NCBI GenBank assembly: GCA_003447235.1 | Contig: DLZV01000008.1 | Coordinates: 59,612-123,611 of the forward strand | Direction: 5' to 3' | DNA from: Prevotella sp. | Lineage (GTDB): Bacteria; Bacteroidota; Bacteroidia; Bacteroidales; Bacteroidaceae | DNA length: 64,000 nucleotides | In this document: positions 19,768 through 29,004 of the stretch, in pieces | Position numbering within the stretch: the stretch's first letter is position 1 | How the letters are laid out: each line of letters opens with the position of its first letter | The notes under the pieces: generated by a model | Database searches by the model: none | Told to the model about the DNA's origin: nothing | The model's input: only the letters and a program-made list of their open reading frames with translations | Program-made: the position numbers and the translations under genes

Positions 19768-20205
19768 ATGGTCAAGATAGAGGTCATCAACAAGGGGCGG
19801 CAGCCGCTGCCCGCGTATGCTACGGCACAGAGTGCGGGCATGGATTTGCGCGCCAACATTCCCGAGTCCATCACCCTCCACCCCCTGGAGCGTCGCCTGA
19901 TTCCCACGGGGCTCTACATCGCGCTGCCCGAAGGCTATGAGGCACAGGTGCGGCCCCGCAGCGGACTGGCCTTGAAGCACGGCATCACGGTGCTCAACTC
20001 TCCGGGAACCATCGACTCCGACTACCGTGGCGAACTGATGGTGCTGCTCATCAACCTCTCGCAGAATCCCTTCACCGTCAACGACGGAGAGCGCATCGCG
20101 CAACTCGTCATCGCACGCCACGAGCAGGCGGTGCTGACCGCAGTCGAAGTGCTCGACAAAACGGAGCGCGGAACTGGCGGTTATGGCCATACGGGAGTGA
20201 AGTGA
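19768..20205 (+). CDS. dut: dUTP diphosphatase
   Basis: 145 aa with dUTPase motifs ([29 protein letters not shown]-terminal GGYGHTG). Confidence 0.95.
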   Translation: MVKIEVINKGRQPLPAYATAQSAGMDLRANIPESITLHPLERRLIPTGLYIALPEGYEAQVRPRSGLALKHGITVLNSPGTIDSDYRGELMVLLINLSQNPFTVNDGERIAQLVIARHEQAVLTAVEVLDKTERGTGGYGHTGVK

Positions 20206-20259
20206 GCACAGTAAGCGAATAGGATTTCTCATATTATATATATAAGGAGGAAATAACAC

Positions 20260-22026
20260 ATGGGCAATATATCTTTCCTGCGCCAGTGGCCGACGGCACG
20301 CCTGATGATGCTGACGGCACTGATGGCCGTAGCAATGCCCAAGGCTATGGCACAGACCGAGCAGGGCGAAACCGTGGTCCGCACACTGAGCGACAACGAC
20401 CAGCAGCGATATCGCTACTTCTACCTCGAAGCCCTTCTCCAGCAGGAGCGTGAGCATTTTGCGGCAGCTTTCGACCTCTTCCGCCATGCCTTGGAAATCA
20501 ACCCCAACGCTCCCGAGGTGCACTACGAGCTCGCCGGATTCTACTTCATGCTCAAGCAGCCCGAGAAAGCGCTGGCATGCTACGAGAAGGCCGTAGCCCT
20601 CGACCCCACCAACAACAACTACCTGGAATATCTGGGACAAATGCTCATCAACCGCAAGGACTATGCGCGCGCCATCACGGTCTATGAGCGTCTCTACAAA
20701 GGAAACAAAAGCCGCACGGACATCCTCCAACTCCTCTACCAGCTCTACGGCGAAGAAGGGCAATACGACCAAATGCTCGACGTCATCGACCGCATGGAGC
20801 GCATCGAGGGAGTAAGTGCGCAGACGGCCCTCACCCGCATGCAGATCTACGACATGCAGGGAGAAAGCGAGAAGTCGAAACGGGTACTGATAGACCTCGT
20901 GGAGAAAAATCCATACGACAGCAGCTACAAGCTGATGCTGGGCAACTGGCTGCTACAGAACGGCCATACCAAGGAGGCATACAAAGTTTGTCAAGGTGTG
21001 CTCGCCGAGGAGCCACACAACGTCTCGGCACGAATGCTGCTCCTCGATTACTACCAGGCCACCCACCGCAAGGAGAAGCGACAGGCCCTGCTGAGGCAGT
21101 TGTTGCGCGACAAGGACACTCCTCAGGAGAGCCGCTACGCACTCATCTTGCAGGCCACACGACAACTGAAGGACGAGAATACCGACCAGATAATGGCTAT
21201 CTTCGACGACGCCCTCTCCGTCCCGCAGGAAGACGCGGGTATCTACTTGATCAAAGCCATGGTGATGGTGAGACACGACTTCCCAAGGGACGAGGTCAAC
21301 GCAGTTTATCGCCAGGCACTGGCCGTGGAGCCAGACAACGAGATGGCGCAAGGACTGCTCGTGCTGAACCTTACAGAGGAGGAGCGGTTTGACGAGATCG
21401 TCGATTTGTGCAAGACCTCGCTGCAATACACCCCCGACAACCAGCAGCTCTGCTACTTCGAAGGCTTCTCTCTGTTTCAGCTCAAGAGAAACGACGAGGC
21501 CCTTGCCTCCCTCCAGAAGACCGTCGAACTGCGCGATGAGGAGTCCGATTCGGACATGATGGCCGACTGCTACTCCCTCATGGGGGAGATCTACCGCGAG
21601 AAGGGTATGAACAAGGCTTGCTACGAGGCTTACGATAGTTGTCTGCACTATGCACCGGACAATGTCGGGGCACTCAACAACTACGCCTACTACCTCTCCC
21701 TCGACTCTGCCGCCGACTTGCAAAAGGCCGAACAGATGAGCCTCAAGGCGGTACAGAAGGAACCGGACAACGCTACCTTCCTCGACACCTACGCCTGGAT
21801 TCTCTGCAAGGAGAAACGCTACGACGATGCAAAGACCATCGCCGAACGAGCCATCGCGAGCGACTCCACGCTTAGCAGCGTAGTAGTGGAGCATTGCGGT
21901 GACATCTTCTACATGGCGGGAGACACAGACCGGGCCATGGAGATGTGGCAGAAGGCAGCACAGGAGGACGAGGACAACGCCATCCTGCGACGGAAAATAG
22001 AACTCAAAAAATACATAGAAGAATGA
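20260..22026 (+). CDS. Tetratricopeptide-repeat protein
   Basis: 588 aa with a signal peptide and many TPR-like helical repeats. It sits in the conserved Bacteroidales dut-TPR-lipoprotein-M23 block. Confidence 0.8.
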   Translation: MGNISFLRQWPTARLMMLTALMAVAMPKAMAQTEQGETVVRTLSDNDQQRYRYFYLEALLQQEREHFAAAFDLFRHALEINPNAPEVHYELAGFYFMLKQPEKALACYEKAVALDPTNNNYLEYLGQMLINRKDYARAITVYERLYKGNKSRTDILQLLYQLYGEEGQYDQMLDVIDRMERIEGVSAQTALTRMQIYDMQGESEKSKRVLIDLVEKNPYDSSYKLMLGNWLLQNGHTKEAYKVCQGVLAEEPHNVSARMLLLDYYQATHRKEKRQALLRQLLRDKDTPQESRYALILQATRQLKDENTDQIMAIFDDALSVPQEDAGIYLIKAMVMVRHDFPRDEVNAVYRQALAVEPDNEMAQGLLVLNLTEEERFDEIVDLCKTSLQYTPDNQQLCYFEGFSLFQLKRNDEALASLQKTVELRDEESDSDMMADCYSLMGEIYREKGMNKACYEAYDSCLHYAPDNVGALNNYAYYLSLDSAADLQKAEQMSLKAVQKEPDNATFLDTYAWILCKEKRYDDAKTIAERAIASDSTLSSVVVEHCGDIFYMAGDTDRAMEMWQKAAQEDEDNAILRRKIELKKYIEE

Positions 22027-22910
22027 AAACAAGACATATCCTGCTCTTCACCTCGCTCATGATGGCGGCCGCAGCCTGTGGCACGCAGCGGCAGGTGGGC
22101 GGAGAGGTCCCTGCTATGGAGAAAGGGCACACCGTCCATGCAGACAAGGACAAAGAGGCCACAGGCCTGCGCTTTATGCAGCGCGTGGCTGACAATGCCC
22201 TCTACCAAAAGAACCTGGTGTCGAACCTCACCTTCACCCTGGAGCGCAACGGAAACGCGATCTCCGTACCAGGCATCCTGAGAATGCGCAAGGACAACGT
22301 CATCCGGCTCCAACTGCTCATCCCCGTGCTACGATCAGAGGTGGGACGCATCGAGTTTACACCCGAGGGGGTGCTCTTCGTGGACCGCTACCACCACCAG
22401 TATGTCAAGACGACCTACGACGAGGTGGACTTCCTGCGCGACAACGGCATCACGTTCTACTCCCTCCAGTCGCTCTTCTGGAACCAACTGCTGCTCCCTG
22501 GAGAACAGCGCGTGGGAGAGGCACAGCTCAGCAGATTCACACCAGAGATAGGGAGTGCTGACAATGTGCCCGTAAGACTCCACGATGGCAAGCTCGACTA
22601 TGAGTGGACGGTGTCGAAGGACCAGGCGCAAATCCTCTCCTCGCTCATCACATACAAGAGTATCGCCCACGGCACCTCGACACTACGATGGAACTACGGC
22701 GACTTCAAAGCCTTCGGTTCGAAGCAGTTTCCATATTCCCACGACGTGACGGCCCAGACCGAAGCGACGGGAAAGCAGATGACACTCCGCGTGATGCTCA
22801 CACTCAGCGACGTCAAAGCCGACGCCAACTGGGAGGAGCGCACCTCGCTGTCAGGAAAATATCAGCAAGTGCCTTTGGAGGAGGTGCTTGGCAAACTCAT
22901 CCAGTTCTAA
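22023..22910 (+). CDS. Lipoprotein (DUF4292-like, LolB-like position in the dut/TPR/EnvC block)
   Basis: The start ATG (22023..22025) overlaps the TPR gene's stop as ATGA. Lipoprotein signal MKTRHILLFTSLMMAAAAC. The family name is from memory. Confidence 0.55.
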   Translation: MKTRHILLFTSLMMAAAACGTQRQVGGEVPAMEKGHTVHADKDKEATGLRFMQRVADNALYQKNLVSNLTFTLERNGNAISVPGILRMRKDNVIRLQLLIPVLRSEVGRIEFTPEGVLFVDRYHHQYVKTTYDEVDFLRDNGITFYSLQSLFWNQLLLPGEQRVGEAQLSRFTPEIGSADNVPVRLHDGKLDYEWTVSKDQAQILSSLITYKSIAHGTSTLRWNYGDFKAFGSKQFPYSHDVTAQTEATGKQMTLRVMLTLSDVKADANWEERTSLSGKYQQVPLEEVLGKLIQF

Positions 22911-24746
22911 ATGAAACAGTTGATTCTATACCTTATCGTCGCCCTTTGCTGCACGCTGGAGACCGCCACGGCACAAAGCACGCACACGCGACGCAAGAAG
23001 CATGCGCCGACGGAGGCCAAGGGCAAGGCGCCCGCACGCCATACGCCCACCAAGAAGGCGCAGCCGGCACAGCCACGGCACAAACACGGACAGAAACCCG
23101 CGCCACAGCAGAAAAAGCCTGCACCACAGAGGAAAAAGGGTACGCCGCGCCAGAAACCTGCTGCGAAGCAACCGAAATACACAGCGACCAAGGAGATCAA
23201 GGGCTTACAGCAGGAGAACCAGCGTATCAAGCAGGAGATCAAGCAGCACGAGGCCGAATATCAGGAGAAGCAGCGCGACGTTGACAACCGTCTGAAGCGC
23301 ATCATCACACTTGATACGGAGATCGGGCAGCACCAGCGCGACATCGACCACATCACCCACGACATCGATGGTATCGACAACAACATCGGTATCCTCAAGT
23401 CGCAGCTCGAGAACCTGGAATTGCAGTTGGGCGAGCGCCGTGCGCGCTTCATCCGCTCCATGCGCTACATGGCGCGCCACCGCAGCATCCAGGACAAACT
23501 GATGTTTATCTTCTCTGCAAAGAGCCTCTCACAGATGTACCGCCGACTGCGCTTTGTCCGCGAGTATGCGGCCTACCAACGGGCGCAGGGCGAAAAGTTG
23601 CAGCAACAGCAGCAACAGATCGACGAGAAGCGGGCGCAACTGGGACAGATCCGACAGCAGAAGAACAACCTCCGCTACAAGGGACGACAGGCACAGGCCG
23701 CCGTCACCCAGAAGAAGGCTGAGCAAGAGAGTGTCGTCGCGTCGCTAAAGCAAGACCAGCAGGTACTTCAGGGCGTGATCACTGAACGCAGGAAGAAGCA
23801 GCAGGCCCTGGACGCACAGATCGACCGTCTGATCAACATCGAGATTCAAAAGGCGCGGGAGCGCGCAGCCGCTGAGGCGAAGAAACGCGCAGCGGAACGT
23901 GCGGCTCAGGCCAAGGCACGTGCCGAAGCCCTCGCGAGGAAGCGCGCAGCGGCACAGAAAGCTGCCGAGGAGAACGCCCGCCGTGTGGCCGAGGCCAAAC
24001 GCCGAGAGGCGGAGGCGCAGCGACGCGCAGCAGAGGCAAAGCGCAAAGCCAGGGAGGAAGCCGAGAAGGCAGAACGGGAGCGCAAGCGGGCCGAAGAAGC
24101 GGCTCGAGCAGCCACCAGGGCACAAGACCGTGCCAAGGCGGAGCAGCGTGCACGCGAAGCTGAACAACAACGAAAGAAGGCGGAGGAGCAGAAGCAGCGG
24201 GCCGAGCAACAGGCCAGGGAGGCAGAGGCCGACCGTCAGGCAGCAGAGCGCAAGGCCGCAGCCGAGAAGCAGCGCCATGATCGCGACGTCCGCGCGGAAC
24301 AGCAGCGAGCTGATGCAGCCAACGATGCCAACCTTTCGTCAGCGGATATGGCGATGACGGGTAGCTTCGCCAACGCCAAAGGCCGACTGCCCATGCCGCT
24401 GGCAGGAAAGATCGTCAGCCACTTCGGCAACTACAACGTCGAGGGTATGTCCAACGTGAAACTCAGCAACTCGGGCATCAATATCAAGGGTGCCGCGGGA
24501 GGAGCCGTGAAGAGTGTCTTCAAAGGCGAGGTGAGTAGCATCTTCGGCTATGGTGGCACGATGGTCGTCATGGTGCGCCACGGTGCCTACATCACCGTCT
24601 ATGCCAACCTGCGCAACGTGAGTGTGCGACAGGGACAGAAGGTCGGCACGGGACAGACTTTGGGCACAGTAGGATCGGACGGCGTACTGCAGTTCCAGCT
24701 CCGTAAGGAGACTGCCAAGCTCAATCCGGAGTCGTGGCTCCGATAA
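22911..24746 (+). CDS. EnvC-like murein hydrolase activator (coiled coil + degenerate M23/LytM domain), with a long charged insert
   Basis: 611 aa with signal peptide ...ETATA|Q. A basic Pro/Lys/Gln-rich segment is followed by a heptad coiled coil, then ~190 aa of E/R/K/A repeats. The C-terminal LytM domain (GINIKGAAGG...VLQFQLRK) lacks the HxxxD and HxH metal ligands. Confidence 0.8.
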   Translation: MKQLILYLIVALCCTLETATAQSTHTRRKKHAPTEAKGKAPARHTPTKKAQPAQPRHKHGQKPAPQQKKPAPQRKKGTPRQKPAAKQPKYTATKEIKGLQQENQRIKQEIKQHEAEYQEKQRDVDNRLKRIITLDTEIGQHQRDIDHITHDIDGIDNNIGILKSQLENLELQLGERRARFIRSMRYMARHRSIQDKLMFIFSAKSLSQMYRRLRFVREYAAYQRAQGEKLQQQQQQIDEKRAQLGQIRQQKNNLRYKGRQAQAAVTQKKAEQESVVASLKQDQQVLQGVITERRKKQQALDAQIDRLINIEIQKARERAAAEAKKRAAERAAQAKARAEALARKRAAAQKAAEENARRVAEAKRREAEAQRRAAEAKRKAREEAEKAERERKRAEEAARAATRAQDRAKAEQRAREAEQQRKKAEEQKQRAEQQAREAEADRQAAERKAAAEKQRHDRDVRAEQQRADAANDANLSSADMAMTGSFANAKGRLPMPLAGKIVSHFGNYNVEGMSNVKLSNSGINIKGAAGGAVKSVFKGEVSSIFGYGGTMVVMVRHGAYITVYANLRNVSVRQGQKVGTGQTLGTVGSDGVLQFQLRKETAKLNPESWLR

Positions 24747-24777
24747 AAGAAACAGACAACAGAACGCATGATTTAGA

Positions 24778-24819
24778 ACAGCGATTGGGAAGCAGCCATG
24801 TTTTCCAATCGCTGTTTTG
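24778..24819 (+). terminator. Rho-independent terminator after the EnvC-like gene
   Basis: Hairpin AACAGCGATTGG-(16 nt)-CCAATCGCTGTT immediately followed by TTT. Confidence 0.7.
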
Positions 24820-24943
24820 ATACGCACCCAAGGGTATAAACGGTCGTGGCGCAGTAGTAGCAAAAATGGTGTTTTTTGGCAAACGAACGGCCGATTGGCG
24901 CAAGGGGCGGCCAAGGCTATTTTTCACCCCTTTTTATGGACTT

Positions 24944-25030
24944 AACTTCATAGGCCAACGAAGTTAACTTCATAGGCCGACGAAGTTAACTTCATAAGCC
25001 GATGAATATAACTTCATCGGGCTATGAAGG
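24944..25030. repeat. Tandem array of four ~22-bp units, each an inverted repeat (AACTTC-N10-GAAGTT)
   Basis: Units run from 24944, 24966, 24988 and 25010 (AACTTCATAGGCCAACGAAGTT, AACTTCATAGGCCGACGAAGTT, AACTTCATAAGCCGATGAATAT, AACTTCATCGGGCTATGAAGG). They sit in the 520-bp intergenic region upstream of the acyl-CoA ligase gene. Confidence 0.8.
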
Positions 25031-25265
25031 CAACATCCTTTTTTGAAGTAGTTTTTGCCCTGGCCAAAAGGTGGGCAAAACAGCCATGTGGGTCATCATT
25101 TTTCTGGACTGACACCCTGGCCTCAATGCCTCATAGAGAGCTTATGGATCGCTACAAACCGCATTACGAGAGACGCTTTTTTGCGGTCCAAGACAAAATA
25201 GTCTCCCAATAATTTTCAAATTCGGTTAAAATGTGGTATTTTTGCATAGTAATCAAGAATACGCT

Positions 25266-27074
25266 ATGCAGTTGAATAGTCATCTTTCCGTTCTCGTCCA
25301 CGAAGTGGCCAAGCAATACGGCGCAAAACCAGCCATCACATTTCGCAATTTTGGCAGTTTGAAGTGGAAGAGCGTCTCGTGGAACCAATTCTCGACACGT
25401 GTCAAGCAGGTCTCCAACGCCTTGTTGAATTTGGGCGCAAAACCGCATGACACGATAGCCGTGTTCTCACAGAATTGTATCCAGTACCTGTACACGGACT
25501 TTGGAGCCTATGGTGTGCGCGTCAGAACAGTACCCTTCTATGCTACGAGCTCCGAGCAGCAGATACAATACATGATCCAGGACGCCAGCGTGCGCTTCTT
25601 GTTCGTCGGAGAGCAAGAGCAATATGACAAGGCACACAGAGTCATCGCTCTCTGCCCGACACTGGAGCGCGTGATTGTCTATGATCCCAGTGTGCGCATC
25701 AGTAGCAACGACCCCAACGCCCTCTACTTCAGCGACTTCATCAAGCTCGGCGAGAACCTGCCAAGACAGTCGGAGGTGGAGAAACTGTGGGCTGAGGCCA
25801 GCGACGACGACATCTGCGACATCCTCTACACCAGTGGTACGACGGGCGAGAGCAAGGGCGTCATCCTCACCTATGGGCAATACCGCGCAGGCCTGGCAGC
25901 CAACCAACAGTGCGTGCCTATCAACGACCAGGACCGCGTCATCAACTTCCTGCCGTTCACCCATATCTTCGAACGCGCATGGTCATACCTCTGCATATCT
26001 GTCGGCGCACAGCTGATCGTCAACACCTATCCGAAGGAAATCCAGGACAGTATGCGCGAGACCCATCCGACATGTATGTCGGCGGTGCCGCGATTTTGGG
26101 AGAAGGTCTATACTGCTGTCAAAGGACGCATGGAGAGTTCGTCGCCCGTGCAGCGCAAGCTGATGCAAGCCGCCATGTCCGTGGGACGGAAGCGCAACGT
26201 GTACTACCTTGGACGCGGAAAGCGCGTGCCTATCCATCTGGAGTTGCAATACCAGGTGTACAACCGCACTGTGCTCAGCCTGATACGAAAGCAGCTCGGT
26301 CTGGAGAACCCGCATATCTTCCCGACGGCAGGAGCCTATGTCTCACCGGAGGTGGAGGAGTTTGTCCACTCCATCGGTATTCCCCTCGATGTCGGCTACG
26401 GCCTCACCGAGAGTCTGGCTACCGTGTCCTGCGACCATTTGGGCAAACCGTTCACCGTCGGATCCGTAGGTCGGCCCATTGAGGGCATCGAGATCAAGAT
26501 CGGCGAGAACAACGAGATCCTGCTCAAAGGCCCAACCATCACAAAGGGCTACTTCAAGCGCGACGCAGCCAATGCGGAGGCATTCGACGCCGACGGCTTC
26601 TTCCATACGGGCGACGCGGGCTACATGAAGGACGGCGAGCTGTTCCTCCAAGAACGCATCAAGGACTTGTTCAAGACCAGCAACGGAAAATATGTCGCCC
26701 CACAGATGGTGGAGGGCTTGCTGCTGGTGGATATATTTGTCGATCAAGTGGTCGTCATCGCAGATCAGCGGAAGTTTGTCTCCGCCCTCATCGTGCCGGA
26801 GTTTGGCACGCTGGAGGACTGGGCGAACAAAAACGGAGTGGTCTATAGCTCGCGAGAAGAATTGTGCGAGAACACCACCGTGCGCGAGATGATGAACGAG
26901 CGCATCATGACGCTCCAGCAACAACTGGCTCCCTACGAGCAGATCAAGCGGTTCAAGCTCATCAGCCGCCATTTCTCCATGGAGAACGGCGAACTGACCA
27001 ACACGCTGAAACTGCGCCGAAGAGTGATCTACAAGAATTATGCGGAGGATATTGACAAGATGTACGAGGAGTAG
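25266..27074 (+). CDS. Long-chain fatty acid--CoA ligase (AMP-binding adenylate-forming enzyme)
   Basis: The ORF is 25233..27074. The likely start is MQLNSH at 25266. AMP-binding motif I (LYTSGTTGESKGV) is present. The length (~600 aa) fits FadD/ACSL-like enzymes. Confidence 0.85.
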   Translation: MQLNSHLSVLVHEVAKQYGAKPAITFRNFGSLKWKSVSWNQFSTRVKQVSNALLNLGAKPHDTIAVFSQNCIQYLYTDFGAYGVRVRTVPFYATSSEQQIQYMIQDASVRFLFVGEQEQYDKAHRVIALCPTLERVIVYDPSVRISSNDPNALYFSDFIKLGENLPRQSEVEKLWAEASDDDICDILYTSGTTGESKGVILTYGQYRAGLAANQQCVPINDQDRVINFLPFTHIFERAWSYLCISVGAQLIVNTYPKEIQDSMRETHPTCMSAVPRFWEKVYTAVKGRMESSSPVQRKLMQAAMSVGRKRNVYYLGRGKRVPIHLELQYQVYNRTVLSLIRKQLGLENPHIFPTAGAYVSPEVEEFVHSIGIPLDVGYGLTESLATVSCDHLGKPFTVGSVGRPIEGIEIKIGENNEILLKGPTITKGYFKRDAANAEAFDADGFFHTGDAGYMKDGELFLQERIKDLFKTSNGKYVAPQMVEGLLLVDIFVDQVVVIADQRKFVSALIVPEFGTLEDWANKNGVVYSSREELCENTTVREMMNERIMTLQQQLAPYEQIKRFKLISRHFSMENGELTNTLKLRRRVIYKNYAEDIDKMYEE

Positions 27075-27101
27075 CCTCCACACCATCACACAGAGAAAGC
27101 T

Positions 27102-28226
27102 ATGATAACAGCCGAACAACTGAAAGATGTGCAACAGCGCACCGAGGCTTTGCACCGGTACTTGAACATCGATCAGAAGCAGATAGAATACGAGGAGGAA
27201 CAACTCCGCACACAGGCGCCTGACTTTTGGGACGACCCCAAGCGCGCAGAGGCGCAGATGAAAAAGGTCAAGGGCATCGAGAAATGGCTCAAGGACTACA
27301 AGGAGGTGAGTACCCTCACCGACGAACTCTCACTCGCCGTGGATTTTTTCAAAGACGAGATTGTCAGCGAAGAGGAGGTGGACGCCCTCTACAACAAGGC
27401 TGTCAAAGCCATCGAGGCACTCGAACTGCGCAATATGCTGCGCCAGGAGGAGGACCCGATGGACGCAGTTCTGAAGATCAACTCCGGAGCAGGAGGCACG
27501 GAGAGCCAGGACTGGGCCCAGATGCTCATGCGTATGTACATGCGCTGGAGCGAGGCACAGGGATATAAAGTGACAGTCACGAATCTTCAAGAGGGCGACG
27601 AGGCCGGCATCAAGAGTGTGGAGATGACCATCGAGGGCGAATATGCCTATGGCTACCTCAAGAGCGAGAATGGCGTACACCGCCTCGTGCGCGTCAGTCC
27701 GTTCAACGCACAGGGAAAGCGCATGACGAGTTTTGCCTCCGTCTTTGTCACACCATTGGTGGACGACACCATTGAGGTCTATGTCGATCCGGCCAAGGTG
27801 AGCTGGGACACGTTCCGGTCGAGTGGTGCTGGTGGACAGAACGTCAACAAAGTGGAGTCGGGCGTACGCCTTCGCTATCAATACGAGGATCCTGACACAG
27901 GCGAGAAGGAGGAAATCCTCATCGAGAACACCGAGACACGCGACCAGCCGAAGAACCGCGCCAAAGCCATGCTACTCCTTAAGAGCCAACTCTACGACCG
28001 CGCTCTGAAAAAGAAACAGGCCGAACAGGCCAAGATAGAGGCTGGAAAAAAGAAGATAGAATGGGGCAGCCAGATCAGGAGCTACGTCTTCGACGACCGA
28101 CGAGTGAAAGATCACCGCACGGGCTATCAGACTTCGGATGTCGATGCGGTCATGGACGGCAAGATCGACGGCTTCATCAAAGCATACCTCATGGAGTTTG
28201 CCGCTGCCGACGCAGAGAAGGAATAA
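27102..28226 (+). CDS. prfB: Peptide chain release factor 2
   Basis: 374 aa with the GGQ motif (SGAGGQNVNKVESGVRL) and the RF2-specific SPF tripeptide (VSPFNAQGKR). The frame is uninterrupted, with no CTT TGA C recoding site. Confidence 0.9.
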   Translation: MITAEQLKDVQQRTEALHRYLNIDQKQIEYEEEQLRTQAPDFWDDPKRAEAQMKKVKGIEKWLKDYKEVSTLTDELSLAVDFFKDEIVSEEEVDALYNKAVKAIEALELRNMLRQEEDPMDAVLKINSGAGGTESQDWAQMLMRMYMRWSEAQGYKVTVTNLQEGDEAGIKSVEMTIEGEYAYGYLKSENGVHRLVRVSPFNAQGKRMTSFASVFVTPLVDDTIEVYVDPAKVSWDTFRSSGAGGQNVNKVESGVRLRYQYEDPDTGEKEEILIENTETRDQPKNRAKAMLLLKSQLYDRALKKKQAEQAKIEAGKKKIEWGSQIRSYVFDDRRVKDHRTGYQTSDVDAVMDGKIDGFIKAYLMEFAAADAEKE

Positions 28227-28328
28227 GCCAAGGCTACGGGGTGAAACCGTGTGTGTGTACAGGGAAGTACAAGAGCACTTCCTTGATCAAGTCATAAAAG
28301 AGAAATCAACTAAAATCGAAATAGCATT

Positions 28329-28472
28329 ATGAGCGAGAAGAGCAAATTGAACCGCAAGCAGCGTGAGGAGTTGCAGGAGAAGAAGGCACAGAGGGTCATC
28401 GCGTTTATCTTTGGCGCATTGATTTTCTTGGGACTTTGCTTCTTGGTTTACACCACCATCCTTATGAACTAA
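28329..28472 (+). CDS. Small membrane protein (47 aa), hypothetical
   Basis: ATG at 28329 gives MSEKSKLNRKQREELQEKKAQRVIAFIFGALIFLGLCFLVYTTILMN: a charged N-terminus and one C-terminal transmembrane helix. It is below the ORF-track size cutoff and sits 34 nt upstream of the CYTH gene. Confidence 0.3.
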   Translation: MSEKSKLNRKQREELQEKKAQRVIAFIFGALIFLGLCFLVYTTILMN

Positions 28473-28506
28473 CAACGGAATCGCAGATTCCAACCAGCAT
28501 ATACCG

Positions 28507-29004
28507 ATGAGTGGACTGGAGATAGAGCGCAAGTTTCTTGTGCGCAAGGATGCCAAATGGAAAGAGCAGGCAACGTCGAGTACGCATATCAGACAGGGGT
28601 ATTTCGCCTCTGTCAACACGGTGCGCATCCGTATCCGCGACGACAAAGCCTACCTGACCATCAAAGGTCCGTCGCTGGACGGCGGACTGAGCCGCTATGA
28701 GTTTGAGAAGGAGATAACGACCGACGAGGCCGAGCACCTACTGCAACTCTGCGAACCGGGCATCATCGACAAGCGCCGCTACCTCATTCCCTACGAGGGC
28801 CACACCTACGAGGTCGATGAGTTCTATGGCGACAACGAGGGACTGGTGATGGCGGAGGTGGAACTGAAGCACAGCGACGAGACGTTTGCACGCCCACCGT
28901 TCCTCGGTCCCGAAGTGACGGGCGACCACCGTTTCTACAACAAGCAGATGCGGGCGAACCCGTTTAAGAACTGGCGCGCCACCTTGCCCAAAGCATTCCA
29001 ATAA
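28507..29004 (+). CDS. CYTH-domain protein (triphosphate tunnel metalloenzyme/class IV adenylyl-cyclase fold)
   Basis: 165 aa. N-terminal EIERKFLV signature (the ExExK motif of CYTH domains) and downstream acidic residues (MAEVELKH). Confidence 0.75.
   Translation: MSGLEIERKFLVRKDAKWKEQATSSTHIRQGYFASVNTVRIRIRDDKAYLTIKGPSLDGGLSRYEFEKEITTDEAEHLLQLCEPGIIDKRRYLIPYEGHTYEVDEFYGDNEGLVMAEVELKHSDETFARPPFLGPEVTGDHRFYNKQMRANPFKNWRATLPKAFQ

Noticed and set aside
24750-25265. Possible CRISPR array at the tandem-repeat regions (24944..25030 and 59908..60021).
   Set aside because: Units are contiguous with no unique spacers, are 22-23 bp rather than 28-37 bp, and no cas genes are present in the window.
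27102-28226. Expected prfB +1 frameshift or pseudogene.
   Set aside because: The frame is continuous from ATG to stop and the GGQ and SPF motifs are intact.
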